Counted from the stretch's first letter, positions 39,480-49,138 are shown. The stretch is DNA of 64,000 bases from Planctomycetota bacterium (GCA_003389215.1 QQVP01000064.1:1468-65467); one strand, 5' to 3'. The notes: generated by a model not told the origin, from the sequence alone. A program made the numbers and translations.

Positions 39480-39485
39480 TAGAAA

Positions 39486-39773
39486 TCAAATGCGGTCCAG
39501 ATCGCGCTCGCCACGCACGATCCGCACGATCTCTACCCCGTCGGCAACGGGACGAAAGAAGAGGACATAGTTGCCCGAAACGAAGCTTCTGCAACGGCCA
39601 CCACTGCGCGTCATGCGCGGCTGACCCATCTCGGGATTCGCGGCCAACAACTCGCAAGTCGCTTCGATCTTCTCGATCCAGCGGTAAGCCACATCGGGTT
39701 TGTCGCGGGCGATATACTCGGCGTTAGCGGCGAGGTCCGTCGATGCTGACTTCGAGTAATGGACCTTGGCCAC
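39486..39773 (-). CDS. parE: RelE/ParE family type II toxin
   Basis: SKSASTDL...YIARDKP, NPEMG, NYVLFFR, VRIVRGERD. Confidence 0.9.
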   Translation of the reverse strand: MAKVHYSKSASTDLAANAEYIARDKPDVAYRWIEKIEATCELLAANPEMGQPRMTRSGGRCRSFVSGNYVLFFRPVADGVEIVRIVRGERDLDRI

Positions 39774-39775
39774 GG

Positions 39776-40021
39776 CTACTGCCCGCGTTGCTCCTCGATG
39801 GCTCGCACTCTCGCTCGGGCCGCCTCGTAGGCCTCGCCCGCCTCGACACGCCGCCCCGTTTCGAGATCGTCCAAGCCCGCCTGAATCTCCGCGTCCAGCT
39901 TCTCCTGCTGCACGACCAACCGTAGCCCTTCGGCGATCACCTCCGACTCGTCGCGAAACTTACCTTCCGCGATCAAACGCCGCACAACCGGATCGTAGTC
40001 GCTGGGGATCTCGAGGCTCAT
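39776..40021 (-). CDS. parD: ParD family antitoxin
   Basis: GKFRDESEVIAEGLRL...IQAGLDDLETGR; directly upstream of parE. Confidence 0.88.
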   Translation of the reverse strand: MSLEIPSDYDPVVRRLIAEGKFRDESEVIAEGLRLVVQQEKLDAEIQAGLDDLETGRRVEAGEAYEAARARVRAIEEQRGQ

Positions 40022-40170
40022 GTCGTAGATTCCGAAGAAGAAGAATCGATCTTCGATCGAGTGGGCTACTGCGTCCGTCACTCTATTCTAGGAACTCGAT
40101 GGACCGGGAAGCAATGTTGGCAATCGGCCGCGGTTCGGACTCTCGCGGGCGGCCGCAGGATTTCGCCGTT

Positions 40171-41223
40171 TCAGCCCAACGCTTCCCGAATTCGCTCCGC
40201 GGTGACCGGTTCGATGATACCCCGCTCGCAGACGATTGCCCGTATCAGCCGCGCCGGCGTGACGTCGAACGCCGGGTTGTAGACGTCGATGCCCTCGGGG
40301 GCCGTCGCCGGACCAAAGCCTGCGGTGATCTCCGCCGCGTCGCGCTGTTCGATCGGAATCGCCTCGCCCGAGGCGAGCGACAAGTCGAAGGTGCTCGAGG
40401 GCGCCGCCACGTAGAAGGGGATCTCGTGAGCGGCCGCCGCCAGGGCAACCTGATAGGTGCCGATTTTGTTGGCCACGTCGCCGTTGGCCGCGATCCGATC
40501 GGCCCCCGTGACGATCGCCTGCACGCGACCCTCGCGCATCAGCTGGGCGGCTGCGGAATCGCAGATCAAAGTCACGTTGAGCCCCCGCTGCTGCAGTTCC
40601 CACGCGGAAAGTCGCGCCCCTTGCAGCAGCGGACGCGTCTCGTCGCAATAGACCCGTAGTCGCTTGCCGGAATCGTGCGCCGCGTAGAACACGGCCAGCG
40701 CCGTGCCGTTGCCGCCGGTTGCCAGCGCTCCCGCGTTGCAGTGGGTCAACACGCCGCAATCGTCCGGCAACAGCGCCGCGCCGAGGCGGCCGATCTCCGC
40801 GCACATCTGCCGATCTTCCTCATGAATCGCGCGGGCTTCGGCCAAGAGGGCCTCGGCAAGGTCGTCGCCGGTGGCCTCGCCTCGCAGCTCTGCCGCCCGC
40901 TCTCTCATCCGCTCGAGTGCCCAGAACAGGTTGACCGCCGTGGGCCGACTTGTGGCCAGATAGTCGGCCACCTCGTCGAGCCTGGCCAGCCGTGCCGCCT
41001 CGTCGCTCGCGGCGACCGTTTGCAGTCCCAGGCAAACTCCGTAGGCCGCGGCGATGCCGATTGCCGGTGCCCCGCGCACCCGCAGCGAACGAATCGCCTC
41101 CCAGACGCCCTCGACCGTGTCGAGTTCGATCTCGACCAGCTCGGTCGGCAAGCGGGTCTGGTCGATCAACACCAGGCGGCCGTCGGCCTCGCCGTTCCAG
41201 CGGAGCGTTTCGAAACTTGTCAT
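40171..41223 (-). CDS. mtnA: S-methyl-5-thioribose-1-phosphate isomerase
   Basis: VRGAPAIG, SRPTAVNL, LTHCNAGALAT, DETRPLLQGARL, ANKIGTY, NPAFDVTP. Confidence 0.96.
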   Translation of the reverse strand: MTSFETLRWNGEADGRLVLIDQTRLPTELVEIELDTVEGVWEAIRSLRVRGAPAIGIAAAYGVCLGLQTVAASDEAARLARLDEVADYLATSRPTAVNLFWALERMRERAAELRGEATGDDLAEALLAEARAIHEEDRQMCAEIGRLGAALLPDDCGVLTHCNAGALATGGNGTALAVFYAAHDSGKRLRVYCDETRPLLQGARLSAWELQQRGLNVTLICDSAAAQLMREGRVQAIVTGADRIAANGDVANKIGTYQVALAAAAHEIPFYVAAPSSTFDLSLASGEAIPIEQRDAAEITAGFGPATAPEGIDVYNPAFDVTPARLIRAIVCERGIIEPVTAERIREALG

Positions 41224-41304
41224 CGGATTGCCTTGTCTTGGTTGCGAACTCGGTCGACCTGCGATACTCACAGCACTGATTCGCCGCGGCGGTCATCACC
41301 GGGC

Positions 41305-42657
41305 TCACATGAACGCCGCCGCTTCACCGCCCTCGCTCGTGTCGCCGCGTGCCAGACGATCGAGGGCCGCCTCGCACTCGAGCAGGGCCCGTGCCACATG
41401 GTAACCTGCCTGCCAGTGGCGTCCGCTGCGCGTGCGGGCGCGGCGAAATCCCCAGGCACTTCGATACGGCAGCCAGGGTCCCTCGGTATCGGGCACCAGA
41501 TGGCGGAACGTCCAATCGCGGATTGCCTCGAACGTGCGATAGTAGCGAACCGTGCCGGTGAGCTCATAGGTCCTCAGGAAGGTCACCATCATTTCGGCCT
41601 GGGCCCACCAAAACGAGTCGAGTGCCGCCGGTCGTCCGCGATAGTCGCCGGCCGAGTAGGCGGCGCCGTGGCGGCTGATGCCATGTTCGAGCAGGGCGTC
41701 GGCCACGCGAGTGACCCAGGCGGTGAAATCGTCTCGCACGATATTCAAGGAACGCACGATCTTGGTCGCGTACCAGATCGCCTCGGCCGAATGTCCGAAA
41801 AAGGTCCGGGCCACGTTCGACCCGTCCGGCGGTAGCGGCTGCCAATCGAAGGCCAGCCCGTTGTACATCAGGCCGCTGCGATCGCCTATTTCATACTTCT
41901 CGATCAGCAGGTCGAGCAACGTGTCGATTTCGGTGCGTTGCCGGTCATCGGGCGCCACCTGGTGCATGCGAAACAGTCCCAGCGTCGCGTGAATGTGATC
42001 CTGTAGCGGTTTAACGGCGTTGCGCGGATGATCTGGCGGCAGTGCGAAGAAACTCAGATAGCCTCCGAATCGCTCGTCGCGGGCCTGCTCGCGAAGCAAC
42101 GCGACCGCGCAGCGGGCCAGGTCGAGGGCCTGCGGACAACCGATCAGGCGATGCACCGAGGCGAGCAGATACAGGGCGTGAATCTGCACGCGGGTTTCCA
42201 TGTCTTCGCGGGCCGCGGCCGAAGTTTCGTCGGGGAGCGTAAAGAAGCCGCCCGTGTCGTCGTCGCGATAGTGATCGACCAGGAAGCTCAGCCGTCGTCG
42301 ATACTGGCCCCGCAACTCCGTCTGGCGCGATGCGTCCTTCGCACGGGCAATCGCAATCGCGTGCGTATACAGCAGCCGCAGCTGAACGATGGCGCCCCTT
42401 TCCGTCTCGCCAGTGAACCGCAGGCGGCGATCGAGGTGCGGCACGAAACCGCCGAAGCGTTCGTGATTGACCGCCGGCGAGACCCAGAACGGCAGGATCT
42501 GCCCGTCGAGGTGCGTGGCCAGTGCTGCGCGCGTGGCGGCCAGTTCCTCGGGCGTGGGCGCCGCTTGCGGCAGACGATCGCTGCAACAGCCCGCCTGCAG
42601 CCACAGGGTAATCGCGTTGCGCCAGCGCGCCAGGAGCCTTCTCATGCGAGAGAACAT
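41305..42657 (-). CDS. AGE family epimerase/isomerase (cellobiose 2-epimerase-like)
   Basis: ILPFW, DHIH, FGHSAE, WWAQAE, GYHVAR; start uncertain. Confidence 0.82.
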   Translation of the reverse strand: MFSRMRRLLARWRNAITLWLQAGCCSDRLPQAAPTPEELAATRAALATHLDGQILPFWVSPAVNHERFGGFVPHLDRRLRFTGETERGAIVQLRLLYTHAIAIARAKDASRQTELRGQYRRRLSFLVDHYRDDDTGGFFTLPDETSAAAREDMETRVQIHALYLLASVHRLIGCPQALDLARCAVALLREQARDERFGGYLSFFALPPDHPRNAVKPLQDHIHATLGLFRMHQVAPDDRQRTEIDTLLDLLIEKYEIGDRSGLMYNGLAFDWQPLPPDGSNVARTFFGHSAEAIWYATKIVRSLNIVRDDFTAWVTRVADALLEHGISRHGAAYSAGDYRGRPAALDSFWWAQAEMMVTFLRTYELTGTVRYYRTFEAIRDWTFRHLVPDTEGPWLPYRSAWGFRRARTRSGRHWQAGYHVARALLECEAALDRLARGDTSEGGEAAAFM

Positions 42658-42761
42658 ACCGCGATCGCGACGCTGTTCCCAGGCGTTTTCACGGCCATCA
42701 AGTCAAGCCGCGAGAGCTTGCCGCGCGTCGGTTCGCCCGCGAAGCCGAGCCGAACAGCCGT

Positions 42762-42931
42762 GAGTTTTTTCGCGCCAGGCGGGAAATTCGCGTTGGCAGG
42801 CAAAAAACTCGAAGTCCCTTGTCGCGTTCGATTTAGCGGCGCGCGAACCTGCGTCGACCTGGCTCGCAAGATCCGCCGGTCACAGACGTTAGGTTTCTTG
42901 CCAGGGGATTTCGGACGAGGCGCAAAAAACT
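42762..42931. repeat. Dispersed ~170-bp non-coding element, copy B
   Basis: Same ordered motifs and offsets (+1) as 1219-1387. Confidence 0.75.
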
Positions 42932-42960
42932 GGCGCCTGGGCGCAGCTCAACACGCCAGG
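42924..42960 (-). terminator. Hairpin plus U-tract on minus strand downstream of boxA
   Basis: Minus strand CTGGCG...CGCCAG-TTTTTT. Confidence 0.45.
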
Positions 42961-42982
42961 TCGTCATTCACCAAAGTGCATT

Positions 42983-43002
42983 ATCAGATTGTCAAAGAAC
43001 GA
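42983..43002 (-). promoter_or_regulatory. boxA-like Nus antitermination signal
   Basis: Minus strand TCGTTCTTTGACAATCTGAT versus rrn boxA TGCTCTTTAACAAT. Confidence 0.5.
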
Positions 43003-43186
43003 TGTCGCCGAAGCACGACGTGGCCGTAAGCGTGTAATCGCTGCCCTGCGTCAATCTTGCTTGGCGGCGCTGATGTGAACGACTCAGCAGACCGCGCAGC
43101 GGCGACCGGCGCGCGAAGTGGCGCCAACTTCAAGCTACCGGAAGCGCTGGCAAATTCAAGCGCGGGAATGTGCCACCCACGGGCAC

Positions 43187-43462
43187 TCATTCCGCCAGCG
43201 GGGTCGAGCGCTCGGTAATCGAGGGAGTCTTCCGCGACATCTCGGCGTTGAGCGCGACGAACTCCCGCCACGGCTTGGGGACTTCGTCTTCGTGAAAGAT
43301 CGCCTCGACCGGACATTCGACCTGGCATGCCTGGCAATCGACGCACTCGTCCGGGTCGATGTAGAGCATCTTTTCGCCCTCGTGAAAGCAATCACAAGGG
43401 CAGACGACAACGCAGTCGGTGTATTTGCAGCCAAAACAAGGGGCGGTAACGACGAAGGCCAT
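43187..43462 (-). CDS. fdxA: FdxA-type ferredoxin
   Basis: CFGCKYTDCVVVCPCDC, IDPDECVDCQACQVECPVEAI; strong RBS. Confidence 0.92.
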   Translation of the reverse strand: MAFVVTAPCFGCKYTDCVVVCPCDCFHEGEKMLYIDPDECVDCQACQVECPVEAIFHEDEVPKPWREFVALNAEMSRKTPSITERSTPLAE

Positions 43463-43673
43463 GAGCGACTCTCCTTTCGAGTCTGAAGGGAATGGGCTGG
43501 TTGCGCGGGGATCCCGATCCGCGGGGACGGTCGTCCGCGCGCTGGGCTGTGTCTCTACGGGTTGATCCGATTTGGCGGTAGAATTGGTCAGGGAGATTCC
43601 AAATTTCGCACGATTTTCTTGGACGGCTCGGCGTGTGCCTTTTGGGTCGAGCCGCCCAAGGCGTGAGGGGCCC

Positions 43674-45047
43674 GTGTCAAATCCGCAGTCCGAGCAGCTC
43701 TTGCGGCAACTTGAGGCCGGCCAGAGTGAAGCCGCCGCGGCCGTTTTCGACCGCTATGTCGGGCGGCTCGTTGAATTGATCCGCAGCCGCATGGGGGCCT
43801 CTCTGCGCCGACGCATCGACGCCGAGGACGTCGTCCAATCGGCCTATCGCAGTTTCTTTCGCCGCGCGGGCGATGGCGATTTTCGCACGTCGCAGCAGGA
43901 CGACTTGTGGCGACTGCTGGCACGCATTGCCCTGCACAAACTTTACGGGCAGATCGAAAAGCACACGGCGCAGAAGAGGAACATTGCCCGCGATCGGCCG
44001 CTCGACGAAACGCTGGAGCGTGCGCGGGCCGAACCACCGGTAGTCGAGGCCATCGCTTTGGCGGAAGAGTTGCGCCTGGTCCTGGAAGATCTCTCGGACG
44101 AGGAGCGAGGCGTACTCGAGGCGACCTTGAGGGGCGAGCCGCTCGACGAAATCGCTCGCGTGCTCGGGCGTTCGGAGAGAACGGTGCGTCGCCTGCTGGG
44201 GCAATGTCGCCGCCGGATGGAAGACCGATTCGAGTGCGGTCCCACCGCGCCGCGCGACCTCCGGCCACTTGTCGACGAGGCTGCGGCCCCCCTGAAGTTT
44301 GCCGACTACGTGCTGGAACGACTAATTGGCGCTGGCGGTATGGGTAAGGTCTTTCGCGCCCGTGAGGAACCGACCGGCCGGATCGTGGCCGTCAAGGCAC
44401 TCCACAAGGCGCGCCAGGGCGACGCGCGGGCCGTTACACGATTCGTGCAGGAATCGCAGATTCTCTCGCAACTGCATCATGGGCATCTCGTGCGCGTCGA
44501 AGGATTGGGCCGCTTCCCCAGCGGTGGTCTGTTCATGGTGATGGAATATATCGAGGGTTCGGACTTGCAGCGACGCTTGGAACTCGGTCCGTTTCCGCTT
44601 GCCGAGGTCGTCCGCCTAGGCAGCGAGGTCGCCGAGGCCGTGCGACATGCCCACCGCCACGGAGTCGTGCACTGCGACCTGAAACCGGCCAATGTGCTGC
44701 TCGACGTGCACGAGCGGGCCCACGTCACCGACTTCGGTTTTGCCTGGATGACGAGCCGAGCGGTGACAGCCGACCGATCGTTGATCGGGGGGACGATCGG
44801 CTACATGGCGCCGGAACTCTTGGCAAGCAACACGACGCCGACGCCGGCGGTCGACGTCTATGCGGTTGGTCGACTGGTGGCTGCCATGGCCACGGGACGA
44901 TCAGACGGCGAGTGGCAGCCCGACGTCGACGATGATCCGCGGCTGCAGCCGCTTCGCGAGCTGTTGGACGGATGTCTCGCCGTTGATCCGCGGCAGCGGT
45001 TGGCCACGATCGATCGGGTGCTGGAATGCTTCGCCGCGCTGCGGTAA
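43674..45047 (+). CDS. ECF sigma factor fused to Hanks-type Ser/Thr kinase
   Basis: sigma2 DAEDVVQSAYRSF, sigma4 EIARVLGRSERTVRR; kinase GAGGMG, VAVK, HCDLKPAN, DFG, GYMAPE in one ORF. Confidence 0.9.
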   Translation: MSNPQSEQLLRQLEAGQSEAAAAVFDRYVGRLVELIRSRMGASLRRRIDAEDVVQSAYRSFFRRAGDGDFRTSQQDDLWRLLARIALHKLYGQIEKHTAQKRNIARDRPLDETLERARAEPPVVEAIALAEELRLVLEDLSDEERGVLEATLRGEPLDEIARVLGRSERTVRRLLGQCRRRMEDRFECGPTAPRDLRPLVDEAAAPLKFADYVLERLIGAGGMGKVFRAREEPTGRIVAVKALHKARQGDARAVTRFVQESQILSQLHHGHLVRVEGLGRFPSGGLFMVMEYIEGSDLQRRLELGPFPLAEVVRLGSEVAEAVRHAHRHGVVHCDLKPANVLLDVHERAHVTDFGFAWMTSRAVTADRSLIGGTIGYMAPELLASNTTPTPAVDVYAVGRLVAAMATGRSDGEWQPDVDDDPRLQPLRELLDGCLAVDPRQRLATIDRVLECFAALR

Positions 45048-45069
45048 AGGTCGGCCATCCGCGCCGCCA

Positions 45070-45096
45070 CCTCGCACGCACAATGTGCGTGCGAGG
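45070..45096. terminator. Perfect inverted repeat after ECF-kinase gene
   Basis: CCTCGCACGCACA-A-TGTGCGTGCGAGG, no U-tract. Confidence 0.5.
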
Positions 45097-45186
45097 AAGG
45101 TTCGCGCGTGCGGGGCTTCGACCTGCTATGATGCGGCGGCTGCCGTCGTGGCCGCCATGTTCTCTTGCCGATCTTGAGGTTGTCCT

Positions 45187-46644
45187 ATGATCCTGCGTCG
45201 TCGACTTACGCCCCGAAGACTCTCCGTCGCTCTTTCCGCACAGGCGACGCTTGCCCAACTCGTACTCACCGCGTTGTTGGCCGCGGTCTTGCTGCTGGCA
45301 ATGCCGACGACTGCCGCGGCCGATCATCAGCTCGCCTTCAAGGCCGGGGCCGCGCAGCGGGACATCACCCCGCCGGTCGGTTACCAGATCACGCACTACG
45401 AACGAATCAGCATCGGGGTGCACGATCCGCTTTTCGCGCGGGTGCTTTACCTGGAAGACCACCAGGGCAACCATGTGGCGATCGTCGGTCTCGACCTGAT
45501 CGGAGCCGGCTTCGAGGCCTGCGACCAGTTGCGGGCCGAGATCAAGGAGAAGTCGGGTGTCGAGAACACGCTGCTGGCCTTCAGTCACAATCACTCGTCG
45601 GTTTCGCTGATGCCGCGGCCGGAGAAGATTGTCGACACCGTGACCGGCTGGAACCACGTCACGCACGACGCGATTGTCGAGATCGTCCGCGAGGCCAAAG
45701 CAAAGGCCGAACCGGTCACGCTGCGGATGGGTCGGGCCGAGGCCCAGGTGGGGTTCAATCGCCGCCTGGTCCACAAGCCGAGCGGCAACGTCTACATGGG
45801 CGTGAACAAGGAGGGGCCGGTCGTGCCGTGGGTCAACGTGTTGGTAGCCGACAGTCGCAAGACAGGTAGGCCGATCGCGGTGCTCTTCGAGCATGCGGCC
45901 CATCCGGTGATCGTGCCGCATACTTCGCAGCTAACCAGCGCCGATTATCCCGGGGCGGCCGCGGCGCGGATTAGCGAGGTGCTGGGCGACGACGTGGTGG
46001 CGGTATTCGGTCAGGGTGGCGGCGGCAACATCAACGGCTATCCGCTCCGCTCGACCCACGAGCTGGCCGACGCGGCGGGTCGCAAGCTAGGCGACGCGGC
46101 ACTGGCGGCTGTGGAAGCCGCGGAGACGATCGAAAGCCACGAGCTGACGGTGAAGTTCGCCCAGTCGTGGCTGCCTTCGAATCCTCCGCCCACGAGGGAG
46201 GTGTGGCAGCAGTGGGTCGACACGGCCAGAACGCGCGACGGCCAGGTCGACCAACGGAAGGTCGATCACCTGAACAAGCTGCGGGCGTTGATGGAGGCAG
46301 GCGAGAACCCGCCACCGCGCAGGTTCGACGCCTATGCGGTGATGATCGGGCGGGAGTGGTGCCTGGTGACGATGCCGCACGAGATGTTCTGCCAGTACGA
46401 GTTGTGGATCGACGAGAAGGCACCTTTCCGGCGGACGATGACCTTCGCCTACACCAACGGCGGCCAAGGCTACGTCGCCGTGGACGAGGCGTGGAAGCTG
46501 AAGGAGAAGGGGGGCTACGAGGCGGGCTCGCTGCCGAACTGGGGCGGCAACGGGTCGTTTTCGGAGTTCTTCGGCCCGCCGGCCGTCGGCAGCGAGAAGA
46601 TTATCAAGGACACGATCGCCTCGCTGTGGCCGCGGGAAGAATAG
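45187..46644 (+). CDS. Neutral/alkaline ceramidase-like secreted hydrolase
   Basis: DITPP, HDPLFAR, SHNHS, AAHP, SADYPG, GGYE; signal peptide. Confidence 0.8.
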   Translation: MILRRRLTPRRLSVALSAQATLAQLVLTALLAAVLLLAMPTTAAADHQLAFKAGAAQRDITPPVGYQITHYERISIGVHDPLFARVLYLEDHQGNHVAIVGLDLIGAGFEACDQLRAEIKEKSGVENTLLAFSHNHSSVSLMPRPEKIVDTVTGWNHVTHDAIVEIVREAKAKAEPVTLRMGRAEAQVGFNRRLVHKPSGNVYMGVNKEGPVVPWVNVLVADSRKTGRPIAVLFEHAAHPVIVPHTSQLTSADYPGAAAARISEVLGDDVVAVFGQGGGGNINGYPLRSTHELADAAGRKLGDAALAAVEAAETIESHELTVKFAQSWLPSNPPPTREVWQQWVDTARTRDGQVDQRKVDHLNKLRALMEAGENPPPRRFDAYAVMIGREWCLVTMPHEMFCQYELWIDEKAPFRRTMTFAYTNGGQGYVAVDEAWKLKEKGGYEAGSLPNWGGNGSFSEFFGPPAVGSEKIIKDTIASLWPREE

Positions 46645-46776
46645 GTGAGCCAATCGACCTGCATTGGCTCGTTGCCTCGGAAACTACGTTGCCGGGGACG
46701 CAGTGAATGAGATGCGCGACGCGGTCCCGTATATCCCCTATATTTTGCCCGGCGAGGGGTGCGGATGCCCGCCGAG

Positions 46777-47910
46777 TTATTCGCTCCGCCAGCGGAGGCA
46801 GTAGCCGCAGCGGCGAATCGCGATCAAGGGCACCAGCAGCATTGTCAGGTAAAGGCCAACGCAGAGGAGGGGAAGGCTCGCCGTCCAAAGCAGGGCGAGG
46901 AGCTGCTCAAAGCCCTCGCTTGCATGCACGGCCAGACTCGTTGCCAGGGCGACATACAACAACGTTGGGACCAGGTGGAGACCGATCACCAGCAACAGAC
47001 GATACTTCGCCGGCGGCCAACGCAGACCGGCCCACAGACAGGGCACGACGGAAAGCACCGTGCCGATCGTGACGAACAAGCCGTACATAAACAGCATGCC
47101 CATGATCAGCCCTCCCCAGCCGTCCAAGGCCGTGACCGCCAGAAACCGGACCAGCCCCAGGGCGACGGCAATGACCGCCGTCACGATCATGATATCGAGG
47201 ATCGTCAGGCTCGGGCGGTCGCCAGCGGACGACCTGGCGATCGGCTCGATGCGCCAACCGAAGCAGGCGATCAACAGCCAGAGCGGAATGGCGAATGCGA
47301 CGAACAGCGCGGGCAGACAGGAAACCGTGATCAGGATGATGACGAACCCGCTTTCCATATCGACGTATTCACTTAGAGAAAGCAGGGCGGAGAGAAAGAA
47401 ACACCCCAACCACAGCAGCGCCACGGCCAGCCCGACGCCGATGCGGGGAATCCCCCGCAGAGGAGCAAGGACGAGCCACAGCGATACCGCAGTGAACTCG
47501 AGCAGAAGGAGTGGGTAGAAGAGCGAAGCAGCCGTCATGATCGCCAAACCCTTGATCGGATCGCTCTCGAAATCCATCTCGTCGACTAAACCGAAGACGG
47601 GGAAACGCACAAGATTCGCGACCGCCCCCACCAGGACGACGGTTACCAGCACTCGATGGACGTTCCGTGGCGGCGCGTCGTACTCGTGGCAGGCCACGAT
47701 CTGGTGGGGAACGACCGGCGACACCTCGTCCGAGGTCGGCGGATCGGAGACAACCGGTGGCGCGTCGCGATGAGGTCCGGCGACGGCAGGGGGTGCTTCG
47801 TTGGAGTCGACCGGAGTCACTGTGAGATCGCCCTCCGGCAACCCGCCGCAGGCGGTGCATACCGCGGCCCCGGCATCCATTTCCGAACCACATTGCCGGC
47901 ACCTTGCCAT
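46777..47910 (-). CDS. Zinc-ribbon multi-pass membrane protein, paralog 1
   Basis: N-terminal CRQC...CTAC, many TMs, C-terminus RRCGYCLRWRSE. Confidence 0.8.
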   Translation of the reverse strand: MARCRQCGSEMDAGAAVCTACGGLPEGDLTVTPVDSNEAPPAVAGPHRDAPPVVSDPPTSDEVSPVVPHQIVACHEYDAPPRNVHRVLVTVVLVGAVANLVRFPVFGLVDEMDFESDPIKGLAIMTAASLFYPLLLLEFTAVSLWLVLAPLRGIPRIGVGLAVALLWLGCFFLSALLSLSEYVDMESGFVIILITVSCLPALFVAFAIPLWLLIACFGWRIEPIARSSAGDRPSLTILDIMIVTAVIAVALGLVRFLAVTALDGWGGLIMGMLFMYGLFVTIGTVLSVVPCLWAGLRWPPAKYRLLLVIGLHLVPTLLYVALATSLAVHASEGFEQLLALLWTASLPLLCVGLYLTMLLVPLIAIRRCGYCLRWRSE

Positions 47911-47947
47911 AGCTCACCGTTTCCAAGTTTCCCTGTCGCGTCTGCGC

Positions 47948-49138
47948 TCATTCGCCCCGCCAGCGGAGGCAGTAGCCGCACTGACGGGCGAGGAGCAATG
48001 CTGTCAGCAGCAGCGCGTAGTAGACCGCCACCGCTTCCACAGCGACGAGAAAGAACCAAATGCGCGGACCGAAGTATAGAAGAGCGTCGCTAAAGTAAAC
48101 GTACATAACCACCACCAGCAGTAGGGCGATGCCGGCGTGAATGGCTGTGGCCGTGACAAGGCGCGTAACGGCCGGCGACGGTCGCAATGCGGCCCAGAGG
48201 CAGGGAACGATCGTAAGCGTCGAGGCGATCACAATGGCACCGCCCCAGATCGACAGTGTTAAGTACAGTTCAGCAGTATCCGGCGGCGTCTCGTCGAGTG
48301 GAATTTGGACGAGTCCCAGGGCCACGGCGACCAGGCCGGTGGCGATTAGGATGTCGACAATCCGCAGCGGTCGCCGGTTGCTCTCGTCGCCGTCCTCATC
48401 GATCGGCTCGATGCGCCAGTGGAGCCAGGTACGCAGACACCACAGCGGCAGAGCGGCGGCGAGCAGCAAGATCGGCAGGCAACACGTAATCTGGACAAAT
48501 TCTCGCGTACGGAATGCGGATTCGAGCGCCCCGATGTTCAGCAACCCAAGGGCGACGGAAACGTGCCAAACGAAAGCGGTGGCCGCCCCGTAGCCCAGTC
48601 GTCGTGCCAGGCTGACCGGCGTCAGGACCCACCATACGGACAGCAGGGCCACCTCGGCCGCAACGGTTGCCACGCCGGCACTGATGAGGACGATGATGAG
48701 GAAGTCGTCGACGGAACCGCGGAATGTGCTGTCAACGGCATCGACGACAGGAAATAACGAGAGATTGGTGAACACCCCCAGCAAGATCACGATCCGGATC
48801 AGGACCTGAGCTCGCCGCTGTCGGTCGGCGGCGCGGAGCGCGGGCGACGGGCCGGCAGTGGAAAAGCGTTGGGGGGCCGCAACGGCCGTGGCGACGCTCT
48901 CGGCGAGCGCGTCCTGCGACTGGCCGCCCTCCGACTCATGGCCCTCCGACTCATGGCCCTCCGACTCATTGCCCTCCGACTCATTGCCCTCCGACTCATT
49001 GCCCTCCGACTCATGGCCCTCCGACTCATGGCCCTCCGACTCATGGCCCTCGGGCGCGCTGCCCGAAGCTTCACCGCACGCGGCGCAAAGACCCTCGTCC
49101 GGACTCCGTTCGCTGCCACAAGCGGGACACGTCGCCAT
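47948..49138 (-). CDS. Zinc-ribbon multi-pass membrane protein, paralog 2, with EG(H/N)ES repeat linker
   Basis: CPAC...CAAC, many TMs, C-terminus RQCGYCLRWRGE. Confidence 0.8.
   Translation of the reverse strand: MATCPACGSERSPDEGLCAACGEASGSAPEGHESEGHESEGHESEGNESEGNESEGNESEGHESEGHESEGGQSQDALAESVATAVAAPQRFSTAGPSPALRAADRQRRAQVLIRIVILLGVFTNLSLFPVVDAVDSTFRGSVDDFLIIVLISAGVATVAAEVALLSVWWVLTPVSLARRLGYGAATAFVWHVSVALGLLNIGALESAFRTREFVQITCCLPILLLAAALPLWCLRTWLHWRIEPIDEDGDESNRRPLRIVDILIATGLVAVALGLVQIPLDETPPDTAELYLTLSIWGGAIVIASTLTIVPCLWAALRPSPAVTRLVTATAIHAGIALLLVVVMYVYFSDALLYFGPRIWFFLVAVEAVAVYYALLLTALLLARQCGYCLRWRGE
48926..49050. repeat. Coding 15-bp VNTR, 8 copies plus partial
   Basis: GCCCTCCGACTCAT(G/T) x8. 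Confidence 0.95.

Noticed and set aside
42658-43186. rRNA or tRNA gene after the boxA-like signal
   Set aside because: No 16S/23S/5S conserved sequence or tRNA cloverleaf was recognised.
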